Below, piece after piece: positions 1 to 13,200 of a DNA stretch of 64,000 nt (within the stretch, counting starts at the first letter, position 1; every line of letters starts with the position of its first letter). The notes beneath the pieces were generated by a model. The model saw nothing but the letters and a program-made list of their open reading frames with translations, made no database searches and was not told the DNA's origin. The DNA is from Klebsormidium nitens (taxonomy: Eukaryota; Plantae; Klebsormidiophyceae): contig DF237332.1 in NCBI GenBank assembly GCA_000708835.1, positions 26,461-90,460 of the forward strand. The letters are read 5' to 3'. The position numbers and the translations under genes were made by a program.

Positions 1-177
1 AGAAAAGGGCCTCGATCATACTGCGCTAACATTAACTCCTTTCCAAAAACCCGTCAGCATTACTTGATCCCAAGGTGAGCTTGAAATGGAATGTGCTCCT
101 TTCACGAGGGCTTTCAAGCGAATGAGTTTACATCGTCACCTGCTCATAAAGGCGTAAGCTTATGCATACGTCCTCAC

Positions 178-3100
178 CTCGCGAGGTCGGATCTCGGGCG
201 GCGCACGGAGCGCCTCTCTTTTGACCAAGAACTGGTCCAGTCCGCCGTCCCAAGCCAGCCCCTCCTTGCTGTCCCGCACGGCTGAAACAAGAGGATTGGG
301 GGAAATGTCAAACGGCTCTAAATAATACCGACATGCTGAAAGCTTAGAACTGGGAGCAGATAAAACAGATTCAACGTTCTTGCGCAGAGGTGGCAGCCGG
401 ACCAGTCTTTCCTCCAACGATTCCGTCCATTAAGAAGTACCTACACGGCCAAAACGTCCAGATATCCGAACGCGGCAGGTTCATGATGTGCCTACGAGCT
501 CTATCGGGCGCCCGCTGCGTTTGCTTGTGCCTTCAGACTGACTTGTTGCGATTCACAATATGTAACCATCAGGAGTGGGACTATTCGCGAACGAGCGGAC
601 GGGGTACACGTCCAATTGCAATGGAAGCATTTGGTGCGCGAAATAAGGACAGGCCTGAGATGACAGGTTTCACTCCTACAATGCTTCGTCGTCACAAGCG
701 GAACGGAACGGAGCTTACCGAAACGGGATCCACCCGGAGCCGCGGCCTTGGTGGGGCTCTTCCTCTTGAGCCACGAGCTCATTCCCGAGAGCACGCCCTT
801 CCTTCTCGGCGACTTGCTCCCTTTCTCCACCACATCCATGGTCGCCATCTCCTCCCTGGCGACAGCCTTCCAATCTTCGGAGTAAAAGGCGACCTCAGCT
901 TCGCCCGCGCTCTCCTGCGAGCCAAAGTACTCGTCGGAGAAGGTCCGCTCCGGCGACCCGTACGCGCCTCCCTCCGCCTCCACGTCGCCGTCGGAGCCGC
1001 CCGGACCCCATGACGTCACAGCGGCGGCACCTTCTGTTAGCCCGAAGGCTTCCGAGGCCCTGTGAGGGGCTTGTACGTCGGTAGGAGAGCCTGAAATTGG
1101 TTTTGAAACGGGCGGCGAATCCACTTCCGGGGCCTCTTCCTCCTCCGTCATAAGCGCCCGGATCGCCGCCCACTCACTGTCGGTGCTGGCGGCCAGCAGG
1201 TCCTCTTCTCCCTCCTCTAGTTCGTCCTCCTGGAAACGGGGCTCGTAAGAACCTCGCGTCTCTCCCGCCTCTAGTTCGTCCGGACGGGACGACTTCACAC
1301 TGCCGTCCCCTTGGTCCGAGAACCCGGGCGTGTTTACACTCGTGGTCACAACGGATCGCCCTGTCTCCGACTTCAGCGCCTCGTTATCAACCTCGAGTGT
1401 GAATAAGCTCTCCGTCGACACCCCAGGGTCTGCCACGTGTCCCGGCTCAACGTGGGCTACCGCGTCTGACGTCATGTTAACGGCAGCAAGCTCGGGGGAC
1501 GGGTGCTTTTTGGGTGGGGAGTTGGTGGGGCCCTGTGGCACGGGTGACAGCGGGTCCTCATCGGCAAAATCGGGCATGTCCTGCTCCAACGGGGCCTCCA
1601 AACCGGCGCAGCTCGCAACCTGTAATGCGCAAAAAGTGGCCGTTGGATTCCCTATGGTTGCAAGAGTCTGTCGTGCATGGGCGGCAACACGGAATGCGCA
1701 GTTCCACATTTTGAAAGAGAAGAACGGACTTTGGTGATCTAAGTTCCTGAAGAAAAGCCTCTCTTCCAAAGTGCGGTGCTGAATTAACTCATTGTCAAAG
1801 CTTTTTATACTGGGCCCTACAGTTGCTTCCGTCGGAGACCGTCGTGAGACAGGGGCAGCGAACAAGAAGACACTCTACCAAAAGAACCGCTGAGAACCTC
1901 TGAGTATGTAGAGAGGCCCGGACAAGCTCTTTGTCTCCTTTGAACGGTGACACTTCTGCTGTATATGCAAGTTCCAGTAAAACTGTTTTGCTTTCACATT
2001 GCAAAATAGTAGCCTTCGCATGGAACGCGTTTCAAAAAAAAGAGACAGAGTCAACGGAATGTCTACTAGAAGCTGATTAGTTGAGGATGCCAGAAGGAAA
2101 AAATAGAAAGAAGGAAGAGGAAAATTACCAACAAGTTCGTGGATCACAGGTGTAGATCGCAGAAGGCTCCAAATCGATTGTCTCGCTTAGATACGGGTAC
2201 AATGGAGGCGGTATGCTTCATGTCAAACTGAAGCTCTCACCTCTGACCCCATGCTGTGACTCCGTTGCGTTTTGAGCGAGGCCTTCCGCTTGTTGAAGTC
2301 CCGGACCTTGGACTCCCAAAACCCTAAACCCTTGCTGCCGCCGGAGACTGCCGCCAGGCGCCGCGCGACCTCCTTCTGGTCGGATGGGGACAGTAGAACC
2401 GGCGCGCTCGCGTCAGCGGCGATGTCAGCGGGAGTGGCTGACGGGGCTGGCGGGATGTCGTCATCTGGGGCGTGGATAGGAGTGGTGACTCTGCAAAAAA
2501 AAAAAAAAAAAGATTCTGAGACAAGAAGCTCCAGAAGTGGGGATGCGGGCCTTGGCGTTGAGCATGTGAAAACATTTTGGAACTGCCTGGCACTGTTTGA
2601 GGATAAAGGAACAAAGAGAAGTCTGATAGTTGAACACTCCGATAGCAGAGTCGTCCATATTGGTTGTACAAGGGGCAAAGATTTTAAAGAAGAGAAGGAG
2701 CTGAGCGTGGCCTCGATGAAAGGATAGACAAAGGACTGATGTGCAAAAGTGACGTGGCTGATTGGCAGGAACTGACTAACAACAAATCGTCGGCTAACTT
2801 GCAAATTTCTACGATCAAAGCCCTTTGCAAGAGCAACCAGTAGGGAAGACAACTCTATCTCACGGCCGCCCCGATACGAGAAGCAAGAGTCTTACCTGTG
2901 CTGTCGCGACTTAAGCCGCTTCAACGGCGACTTCTTGGGAGCCTTCGCTGCGTCTTCCTCAGCCGAGACCCTAGAGACCACAACCGGAACGGGCTCCTCT
3001 GGCAAGTTTTCGCTCTCCTCCGCAGCAGCGAAAGCCCCAAAAGCTTGCAGCCCTTTCGGCCGCCAGTCTTCTTCCGGCCCCTCTTCCGCATAATCCTCTG

Positions 3101-5489
3101 CTTTAATCGGTTGGATATCCGAAGGGGCTTCAAGAACCGGCTCGTTTTCGGGGGCTTCGCTGACGGCACTGGGCTGGGGCGCGAGAGCTGGCGCCGACGA
3201 CCCGTCCGCTTCCGCCTGGGGGACCGGCTCGTCCTTGGCTGCCTCGCTGACGTCAACCCGAGCAGGTGCTGACGTCACGTCCGGCTCCTCGTCGCTCAGC
3301 TGCACCAGGCCCTCCGTCCACGCGGATGGCGCCGCTGTTGGACGGTACTCCGCGTCCGAACCTCGCCCCACCTTCTTGGACGAGAACATCCGGGCAAAGG
3401 GCGACCTCGCCCTGCCCTCCTTGTGCTTCTTGGTCGCCATCTCCGGTGCTTCATGGTCGGCCGCTTTCGGGACCGGTTCAGGCCGCTGGAAGGGCGACTT
3501 GGACCTGCCACGTGTTTTCACGACGGGGTTCAGAAGCGCGAGGTCCCCGCCAGGCAGGTGGCCCTTGACGAACAGCAGCTGCACGGCTGCCACGTGGTTC
3601 TGGTCCCTCATCATTGGGGGCTCTTCTTTCGGCCCCTTCTTCCCAAAGCGGGGCATGCGGAAGGGCGACTTTGAACGGGCGCGCTTGGATGCTTCGGCTG
3701 CTGGACCCTTGGTCCCCTCTGCCGTTTCTTCGTTGCCCCCCTCCAACAAGCGGACTTTCTTGTCAAACCCGTAGGTCTCCATCGGCTTTTGCACAGGTTC
3801 TGGGAGGTTAGCCGCTTCGGAACTAGGGGCGGGGACTGTTGGGTCAGAGCCGCCCTTGCTCTTGCCCCCAAACCGCAGCCGACTGAACGGCGACTTTGAT
3901 CTTTCCCGCTCGTTGACGCCGTCCCCTCCGCCTTGCTCTGCAGCCCGCTTTCCAAACCCGGGCATCCTGAAAGGGGACTTTGAGCGCGCCCGCTCCTCAT
4001 GTTCTCCACCTTTTTCTTGAGGCTTCCTGCCAAACAGGGGCGACTTGGACCGCGCCCGTTTCTCCATCTTCCCCTCCAAGTGCTCCTCCTCAGAAGGTGC
4101 CCTTCCCTTGAACGCCCGCCCAAACCCAGGGAATCGGAATGGGGACTTTGAGCGCTCCTTGGAGACTGCTGCCACCCCCTCCGCGCCTTCCCCGTCATGA
4201 CCGCCTGCTTCCCGCCCCCTGCCAAAGATGGCCATCTTGAACGGAGATCGAGCTCTACCCTTCTTTTCCTCTGCCGCCGCAGCAACATTGGTCTCGGCGC
4301 GAGTGTCAACGTTCTCCTTCTGCTTGCGATGGGCTTTCCTCTCCCTGTGACCCTTCTTGGACGCCTTTGGCTTGTTAGCTGCAACTTCTTGGGAACCTTC
4401 CTCCACCTCCCCAGCACAGGACGCAGGCACACCGCCCCCGCTGTTGAACTCAACGCTCCGAAAAGGGCGCCTTCCGGCCACGACCCCTGCGACCAGTTCC
4501 TCATCGGGACTGCCGACATCGGACGCCCCAGACAACTTCGTGACAGGGGGGCTAAATACTGCCGCCTTGGTGACATCACCTTGGCGCGCGGGGCTAGCCG
4601 GGACCTTGCCCTTCGCCTGTCGGTGCGGGTTGCTTTCTGTGCTCAAGCTCCCCTCCTTCAGCTGCGCAATCCCGCTGTCCCCATCCCCCTCTCCGTGCAC
4701 ATTCCCTCTATTTCTACCTGGCTTCGCAAACTGCCGGTCGCCAAGAGGCCCTGTCCTCAGGTTTGGTGGCGCGATGTCCACTGGACGCGCCAGGACAATC
4801 TGCTCACTCCGGGGCCTGCTCACTGGCATGGTGGAAACCTCCTCACAGACCTCCTCAATCGTCTCGTCCACCTTCATGAAGGAGAACGAAGAGTCGCTCG
4901 CGAAAGCGGGGTCCCGCTTCTTCGATCTCCGGTGCGGCCGCGCCTCGACAGACGTGTCGCTGCCGACCGCGCCCTCGGTCCGGAGCGCTCGCTGAGACGA
5001 CGTCTCGCCCTTCTCCCCCGTGTTGCTCCTCTCCAAACCGCCCCGCTCCCTGACCCTTTCTTCATGCGGCTGCTCAAAACTCGGCTCCTCCCCCAGAGAC
5101 CTTACGGAAAGCACTCTGCGCAATTCGCCGTTGTTTGGCTGCCGGATAAACTTGACAGAGTCGTCGCTGTCCGCGCCGCTCGACCCCTGGCGCAGCCTCG
5201 CAGCGCTGGCGCTCAGTTTTGCCGCACTCCTCGCCCGCCTGCTGGCGCTGCGGCTCCTCTCCAAGTCGCGCTCCCTGCCCCGCCCCTGCCGGCTGCTGCT
5301 CTCAAAGCTGGTGTCGCGCCCCTTCTGCTGCTCCCATTTGTAGGACTGCGTCCCCAAAGACGGACGCCAGCTGGACACAGACTCGTGCGTGGCGTCAGAG
5401 GAGACGTTGTCCGAAGACCCAGGGGCTGCGGGCTTCAGGGACTTGCGGCGGGAACCGCGTGAGCGTTTGGTGTTGCGGGGGGGAGGCAT
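178..5489 (-). CDS. Large, mostly disordered Ser/Glu/Lys/Arg-rich protein with repeated R-S-K-S-P-F motifs; 3' end runs off the window (possibly Raf-like/TKL kinase)
   Basis: Minus-strand exons 5489(ATG)-2896, 2490-2241, 1619-719 and 281-178 join with GT-AG borders in matching phases (2,0,1). A CAG acceptor at 5530-5529 adds 13 in-frame codons, so an upstream exon 6577-6512 (MEAPPGGSSMEEHVRHSHKPRK, donor AAG|GTAAG) may hold the true start. A possible 16-nt exon at 79-64 reads LTLGS. Confidence 0.75.
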
Positions 5490-6949
5490 GGCGCTGGGGG
5501 AGAGGGGTGGGTCGGCGGGGTTCTTGTACTGCAGTATAGAGGAAGAGGGGTCAGTTGGAGGAGAGGTAGGTTAAAGGTATCTGGTGCAAGATGCTGGAAT
5601 AAGTGGGGTTCCTGTCTTAGGACCCAAGAAAGTCTAAGGAGATTGAGAATATGGAAGGAGGCCTCTGATCTTTTATTACGCAAGACCTGTCCAGCTTATC
5701 TATCACAGTAGGAACTCTGTTTGCAATACGTTACTTCACGAGCCATGGCCTATTGAATTGGCTATTGTAACAAAGAGTGAGTATGCAGTCTGACAGCCTT
5801 TCTTTCAAGTTCTCTCACCTAGCCCGCTCAGAAGCTTCTCTAAGGATGTGGGCAGGAGGGCAAGAACAGAGTGCACAGAAAAGAACGAAGCTGGCGAGCA
5901 TGCTCTCAGGCTTAATCAGGAGCATTGCCAGCAACTAAAACTGAAAGAGTTGCAGCATTTGCAAGCCAGTCATATGCATCAGCTAAGAACCATACCAGTT
6001 GCTTATCAGCTTGGAAAGTGAGTGCTCTGATCAAGCTGTGCAGGACAATACCTTCTAGATTTATAGTTTAGAGCTGCGAGTGGCAGCCAGACTACTGAGG
6101 ATTTTGTCCCAGCATAATTGCATGCTTTGCAGAGCTTCATATTCAGACAACATAGCATGTTTCTCTATGGACAAAACTTTCTCCCATGCTGTAACTTCCT
6201 TTCTGAAACCCTGAGCTTATAACATGGAACCAGCTGCCAGGTATTGAGTTTGAATTATGGCAACCTCAGGCTAACTCCTTTCCATACAAGAAGCGTTCAG
6301 ATTGCAGATGATATTCAGCAAAATGCTCTCTCATTTTACTAGAAGGTTGGCACAGTCCCCATACATCTCAATCATACCAGGTTTTCAAATCAAAACTTAC
6401 GGAGCTCTCAGGAATCGTTTACAACAGCATGGCTTCAGGTATAAAGCTTTAGGCGACTTTAATCAAATATCAAAGCTCTGTTCCAAACGAGTGAACCTCG
6501 AAACATCTTACCTTTCTTGGCTTGTGTGAATGCCTCACGTGCTCCTCCATAGAGGAACCTCCTGGAGGCGCTTCCATCAGCGTCGGTGGCTGTCTCCTCT
6601 CCCTAAGGCAAGCTTTCAGCTTTTCTCATCGTCTCCAAGGAACTATTGCTCAAGCCCAGAGGGACTTAGAGGACATCTGAACCGAGGTAAGGGGCGCCGT
6701 TGCACCAAGACAGGAGCGTTTATCAAAGCACTTGATCTTACTTTTGCTGCAAATGTACCTCCGTGCAGCCACACATACCCAAATGTCAAGTGAACCTCTT
6801 CCTTGTGAACCTTTCTGCGGCTCAACATGTCAATGCAAGGGGCTTTTTGCGCACCCAAGCACTACCTAGTTTGTGTAGAGTTCTGAAAGTGCTTTGATGC
6901 TGTTGCAAGTGCTTTTGTCAGTGTTGATGTGGTGGGTGTTTCCAGCTGG

Positions 6950-7110
6950 CGCCCATTTCGAACTCAAATTGAAATGCCCGACGAACCGTTGAGCAACCTC
7001 TACAAAGCAGATCAACGGCGGAGCCAGGCGGTCTCTGCGCGCACGTGCAAAGACAATTACGCGCGCACGCGCCTCAGTATCTTTGAAGTTGCCCAGTGAG
7101 AACGAGCCCT
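6950..7110. promoter_or_regulatory. Probable divergent promoter between the RSKSPF gene and the Toc34-like/PHR2 gene, containing a G-box
   Basis: GC-rich patch with GCGCGCAC repeats and CACGTG at 7042-7047, between two head-to-head genes. A 6-mer alone is weak evidence. Confidence 0.3.
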
Positions 7111-7269
7111 TCCGCTCTAGTTCCCGGCTAGCTCAGCAGAGCAGGACAGTTGCAGAGTGCTCTTCTGCTCGAAAACGACGCCTGCTGCAAAGCTAGGAGG
7201 AAGGCACTCTTGAAGGCGCAGTGGAAGGCACAGACCTCGTTGGTCACTCGCCTGTTGCGCTTCTGAGAC

Positions 7270-10200
7270 ATGGCTTCCGTCCAGGAATGCAGGGGTGCTC
7301 TGGTGGGAGCTGGCCCTTTGACGGTGCTCGTGGTTGGCCCTGCTGGGGCTGGCAAGAGCTCCACTGTGAATGCGGTCTTCGGGAGACATTTCCTGGCGGC
7401 GAAGCCTGCTGAGGTAAGCAGTTTTGCTCAGAGCAATGTGGATTTTACTTGACCGAATGCAGCTTGCTCGTATTGTATTGCCAAAATGAGGCATTTGCAT
7501 CTCTTTTGGACTGTTTTCTGCTAAAGGTGGTTGGCTCCATGGTTGGCTGCACAGGGGCAAGCATTGGAGCAGGTTTGGGGACCCCTACTGTGCATAGCTT
7601 GTTATGATGCAGTTTTCAATGACCAAAGAGTATGGCACAGTTCCAGAAAAGCCGAATGCTCCAACGTATTTATATTAGCAGTCAATGCAACTCCAAGCGA
7701 CCATGCATGTTTTGCTTGTTGACCCAAGAGACAAGCATGTGGGTTCCCGCTTAGGTTTATTATCCTAGCCATTCGCTCACGGGTTTCCGTATTCAATCTG
7801 CTGTTTCTGATTCATGTCAGCATTACTTGCAAGAGTGGCTGTTTCAGAAGATGCAAATGCGCACATTCGTCTCCCTTCTTTGCAAAGCTAAGATAAACTT
7901 GGGTCGTTCTGCATTTGTCAAACATGGAATTTTTGCCATGATTGAGTCCGTGCGGCCCCTGGTAATGGTTGGAACAGGCGCCACCGATGCAAGCAATATT
8001 GAATCCATTCGTGCCAAAAATATTGACCGCAGTGCACTTGAGAGTGCCTGGTTGGGCTTTGCTTTTCTTATATTTGCTCCTTCCCGATCGAGTTGAAAGA
8101 ATATGCTTTTGTTGTAATTACTCCGGAGTAACTTCCTTCATGTGCCTGTCGGCTGCTTCTGTTGGTGGCTGTATTCAGGTAAATTGGGTGATGGATGCTC
8201 CAGTAGGCAGGATTTTGTACCACAACCTCATAAACCCTACGCAGAGCATCTCTGCCTTTCATACTTGAAAGCAAGGGGATAAATATGCACTTGCCAGCTT
8301 TTTGACTTCCTAGCATGCCATTGACCAATCTGAGAGGTGTTTGCTCAAGTAGTTGAGCTCCCGCATGCTGCTTGCAAAGCTTTTGTGTGCTTTCATCATC
8401 CAATAGTGTGGAAAATCAAGCGTTTTCTTGGTCCTTGTGAGCGGCATGCAGCCAGCTGTTGTTACCCATCCGTCGCAGGCTTCCGCCGGTCGCTTCAAGC
8501 TCGAGGAGTGCGTGCAGACCATCAATGGTTCCAAGGTCGTCGTGCTCGAGGCCTCTGGCCTGAGCAAGGCTAAGGATGTAGAGGAGCTCCGTAAGAGCCT
8601 GTCCAAGAAGCGGAAGACGGTGGACCTCGTGCTGCTCGTAGAGGCTCTGCAGCAGGCCGGCAGTGTGGATGTGGCCAGCGAGATGGGAGCCAAGTTTGGC
8701 GCGCAGCTGCTTAATGCTGCGGTGCCTGTCTTTGCCTGCGGCCACGTTCAGGTATGGTGCCACCCGTTGCGTCTATTTTCGCATGACAGAAATCAATATG
8801 TACACCAGTAATTGATTTTCAGATATGCTGCATGTCGTTGATCAAGCACTGACGGCTTGTGCAGCACTTGCATGCGCTGTCCATTTTGAGACTACAGGAC
8901 ATAGAAAGATTAAAGGCTGGTAGAAGTTTGAGAAAATGGAAAAGGAAAATGACTAGCAGGCGTCATGTATAAACTTGACGTCGGCTATGGTCAAGCCTGG
9001 CTTGTAGCATAGACCTTTATGAATGAAATTGCACAAGGGTAACGTGAACATGCTGAACGGCGCAGGCATTCACTTTTTGTTTTTTCTCAGGAGGAGGCCG
9101 ATGAAGAGAGCAAGGCTCTGTATGCCAAGCGCAGCGCTGCTGTTCTCGCTGCCTTCGGCGCAAACGGCGCTGAGGTGCCGTCCAGGGTCATTCCTCTGGA
9201 GCTGGAGGGTGCTTCAGTCTGCGAGGAGGGTTTGAAGGTGGTTCTGGAGGTGAGCTTTTGTAACTGTGAAGACTTCAATGTTAGGATGTTATATTCCACG
9301 CTTCCTGCTGCTGATATACTGGGACAGATTATTCTATTGTTCGAGCATTTGGCATCCTCTCTGAGCAGCGGTGTGACAACACAGAGCGCATATTAGCCTT
9401 GTCTTTTCAGCAGAAAGTCTAAGAAACGACTGACGCTCCGGTGTTGAGCAGGGGGTTTGGCAGATACGATGTTGTACCTCGCTGCCTATGTTGCACATCC
9501 AGGTGCATTTTGCTTGTCAAGCATACGGAGCATCCTGACTTGACTTTCTCATTTTTCCCTCTTCGTCAGGAGATGCGCCGCGTGCGCGCTCAGAAGACGC
9601 CAGCATTTGTCCCTGCCACCACTATGGACGCTGACCTCAAGGACCTGAGCCTGGTCATGGACCACAACATGTCGGTCGCCAGCTTCAATGCTGCCCCCGC
9701 GTTCCTGCCCAAGCAGGCGCCTGTGAAGGTGAGTTCTGGATGGTGGCATCTCCTTGGCACAGGATTTTGCAGAGATGTTGCGTGTGTCTGCTAGGATTTT
9801 GTTCTTGTGAGACAAGGTTCGGATGGTTTGACACAATGAGACTGCTAATAGAACCAGCATCTCGCCATCAAGCGCAGCAAAAGGGACCTCAAAATGGGCT
9901 CGTCGTCTTTGGATTGCGAAAGATATTTTTAGATATATCCCCAATTCTTTGAGCTATGTTCTCAGACTCAGTCCACATGCCCGGCGTTCGCTGTCTCTCA
10001 ACACTAACTCCAGGGTAAAGGAATCAGGTTTTCCTACCAGGCAACCGTCGCGCTGTTGAAAGTTTGTCAACAAGCCTGCTGACATTTTGCGGCTCTTAAC
10101 CCTGCCCCACATGAAGGGTTTTTAAAACAGGAAGCCTAAAACTGTTTTTTTCCTGTCCGATTATGTTTTCAGACTCCTTCCACAAATCATTCTTGCAACC

Positions 10201-13200
10201 ATCATCCTGACGCTTTGTATCTTCTCAAATTCAGGTCGTGCGCGCCCCCACTAAGGAGGCCGCCCCTGCGCCCCCCGCCAAGCTCGCGGAGGCAGCCCCC
10301 AAGGCCCCGGTGCAGCAGTCGTTCCCCGCGCCTCCGCCCAACGTCGCGGGCGCCGCCTCGATCTCAATCGCCGTGCAGTCGGCCGCGAGCATGCTCGCGC
10401 CTGCCTTGCAGGCTGCCGCAGCTACCCAGGTCAAGAAGCTGCGTAACCTCCGTGGGGGTGTCCCTATGATCGCCCCCCGGTCCCCAATCGACTGCCCCGC
10501 GATCAAGGTCACCAAGACGCTCGTGCCGGCGAGGGACGCGGCCGCGAGCAAGACGACCATGCTGTCGTCGGCGGCGAGCTCGTTCGCGCCCGTCGCGGCG
10601 GCTGTTTTGGCGCCGAGCAAGCCGGCGGCGAACAACAAGCTCATGGGGCTGTCGGCGTTCCCCGACATGCAGAAGCTGCGGGGGGGCGACTTCGCCGGGC
10701 CTGCGGGCGCGGCAGCGGCGCGCAACGTGTCCATTGTCTGGTTCAGGTGAGTCTTTGTCCGATTTGCTTGCAACTCAGCAGCCCCCTGGGCTCCCAGAGC
10801 GACAGCATGCATTGAAAGCCTGAGTACCTTTATGAGAGGGGTGCACCAGTTGGTGTATGAAATGGATTGCTCTTATACATAAGAAGAGCAAAGTTCCTAC
10901 GGGTTATGGATCTTTGTCAATCAGAAACCCTAATCGAAACTACTTCGGAAATCTGGTCAGGAGTATTCCTGATGAAGTCTACTCTCCTTTGACTACACTT
11001 TCGTGAATGAACTGTTTGTTGGCTCCATTTCAAAGACCAGGGCTTTGCATTCGATCTCAAACAGGCTTGACTACTCAGCTTCAATTGACCTTAGCGCTTT
11101 CCGCTTAAGTCCGCTACCCATTCTACGTAGACCTCTACACACACCATTGGTCTTCCAATCACAAGTTTCTCTAGTGATTGCAAGCCTTGAAACTTGGCAT
11201 GTGTCAAATCAGACGCCAATGCGATTTCAAGCTTTCAACTTTTGCTTGTGCCGTTTTACATGCTGATCAAATCTTTGTTTTTTTTGCAGGAACGACCTGC
11301 GCGTCCACGACAACGAGGCTTTGGCCATGGCTCAGCAGGCGTCGAGCTCCATCGTGCCGGTGTACTGCTTCGACCCCCGTGACTACGGCAAGTCTTCGAG
11401 CGGTTTCGACAAGACGGGGCCGTACCGGGCCAAGTTCCTCATCGAGTGCGTCGCAGACCTGCGCAAGAACCTGCGGGAGAGGGGCAGCGAGCTGGTTGTC
11501 AGGATCGGGAAGCCGGAGGAGGTGAGGTTCATCTGCAGACATTGCGTGCCTCTGATGTCAGTAGCATGCCCAGTATCATCTTCGGCCTGTGGCATCGTCT
11601 CGTGAAAAGGACGCTATGACAAGTAAGGGGAAGTTGAACTTAGCGAACGGCCAACTATGATTCTCAGAGGTTTCGCCTAAGTAACAGTACTTCGAGCCCC
11701 TAAGGCCGAGGCAAGTGAGCAGGAGGCAGGGTTTTATTAAGCATATGTGCAGCCAAGTGCGGAAAGGTTTCCTCGTCCAATCAACACCTCAGTAACTGAC
11801 TTTGCAGGTCCTGGCTGACCTGGCGCGCAAGACTGGCGCCAAGACGCTGTTTGCGCACCAGGAGGTGACGCACGAGGAACTGCAGTCGGAGCGCAAGGTG
11901 TGCGCGGCGCTCAAGGACGCGGGCGTGCAGGCCAAGTTCTTCTGGGGCAGCACGCTGTACCACATCGACGACCTGCCCTTCAAGCTGGAGAGCATGCCCT
12001 CCAATTACGCCGGCTTCAGGGAGCAGGTGCGAGGCTCGTCGTTTTTTTTTTTAAATGCTAAATCTATAGGACCACAGTTCCTTTGCATGTTTCGGTTTCG
12101 CTGTTCAGCTTTCTTCGGGCGTTGTTTGGTAAGAAGGTGCCTCCCAACTACGCCGCCTTCAGGGAACAGTTGCGGGGCATTGTTATGTACATTCTGCGGA
12201 GGCTCCCAGCATCTATCTGGTACTGAGTGTTCGAAGCTTCATTGTCCTTTGCCCCTGGCTACTGACGAATCATCTTTGATGATATAATGACCGCTGCATC
12301 AGCGAGAATTTGCTACGTTTCCGAGCGTCGCACCTGCTACGTATCTGAGCGTGTCTGGACTCTGGGGCATCGCATCCTTGTAACCTCGTGCCACTGGCAC
12401 TAGCATCAAACAGCCAAGTTGTGCAGCTTAACGTTGGGTAAACGGGCCACTTTGCGATCGTGAGTCTTCTGGTTGTTCAGCCAACCCTGCAGCAATTGTG
12501 GCAACCAGCCTTACGCCCAATCTCTGTGCTCAGGTGAAGGACCTGAAGGTGCGCAAGACCGCGGCCGCGCTCAAGACGCTCAAGGGCCTGCCGAAGCTGA
12601 GCAGCGTCGAGGTCGGGAAGGTGCCTACCCTGCAGGACCTCGGCCTAGACGCCTCAAAGTCCACCCGGCATGTAAGCGAAGTCACTCGCTTTGGCTCCTT
12701 TCATTGAGACGGATCTCAATCACTGTCATTGGAATTTCTGAGCAACCGAGGTCGTCGGTTGGGTGGGTGTCATGGGGAAAATGTCCCCAAGTCAAGGAAA
12801 CGACTGAGCACTGAAGAGCACTGAAGCATTGAAGAGCTATCGCAAGTAGGTGCGTTTGTTGTCTGGAGGCGTCCTTGTGGAGTATTTCTTGCTCCGCACT
12901 CTTCGGTGCATGCATTTATAGTTCATCAGAACCTTGGGGCTGGGTATGTGGTAGGTTGAGATCTTTACTTTTGATGCGCTGCATGATGTCATTCAAAAAG
13001 GGTCGTCCCTAACTTTTAACTTCAATCTGTACAGGAGACTGGAGCCCAGGCCCTGATTGGAGGAGAGTCGGAGGCCCTCGACAGGCTTAAGAGCTTTGTA
13101 GCGGATGCAACCGGTGAGTTTCTGAAGTAGCTGCCCGCCTCTTCCTTTCAGGAAATGAGGGGTGATATCTGCACTCTGGCAAAGGAGCTGTCTTCAAATA

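Noticed and set aside
4197-5462. 421-aa plus-strand ORF, and other long antisense ORFs (390-1013, 25324-26301, 47086-47724, 47734-48459)
   Set aside because: They are shadows of GC-rich coding exons on the opposite strand, with no motifs or splice support.
6530-6793. Plus-strand ORF resembling a mitochondrial presequence with a donor at 6687
   Set aside because: No phase-compatible downstream exon (an in-frame stop precedes ATG 7270), and it overlaps a plausible minus-strand exon of the RSKSPF gene.
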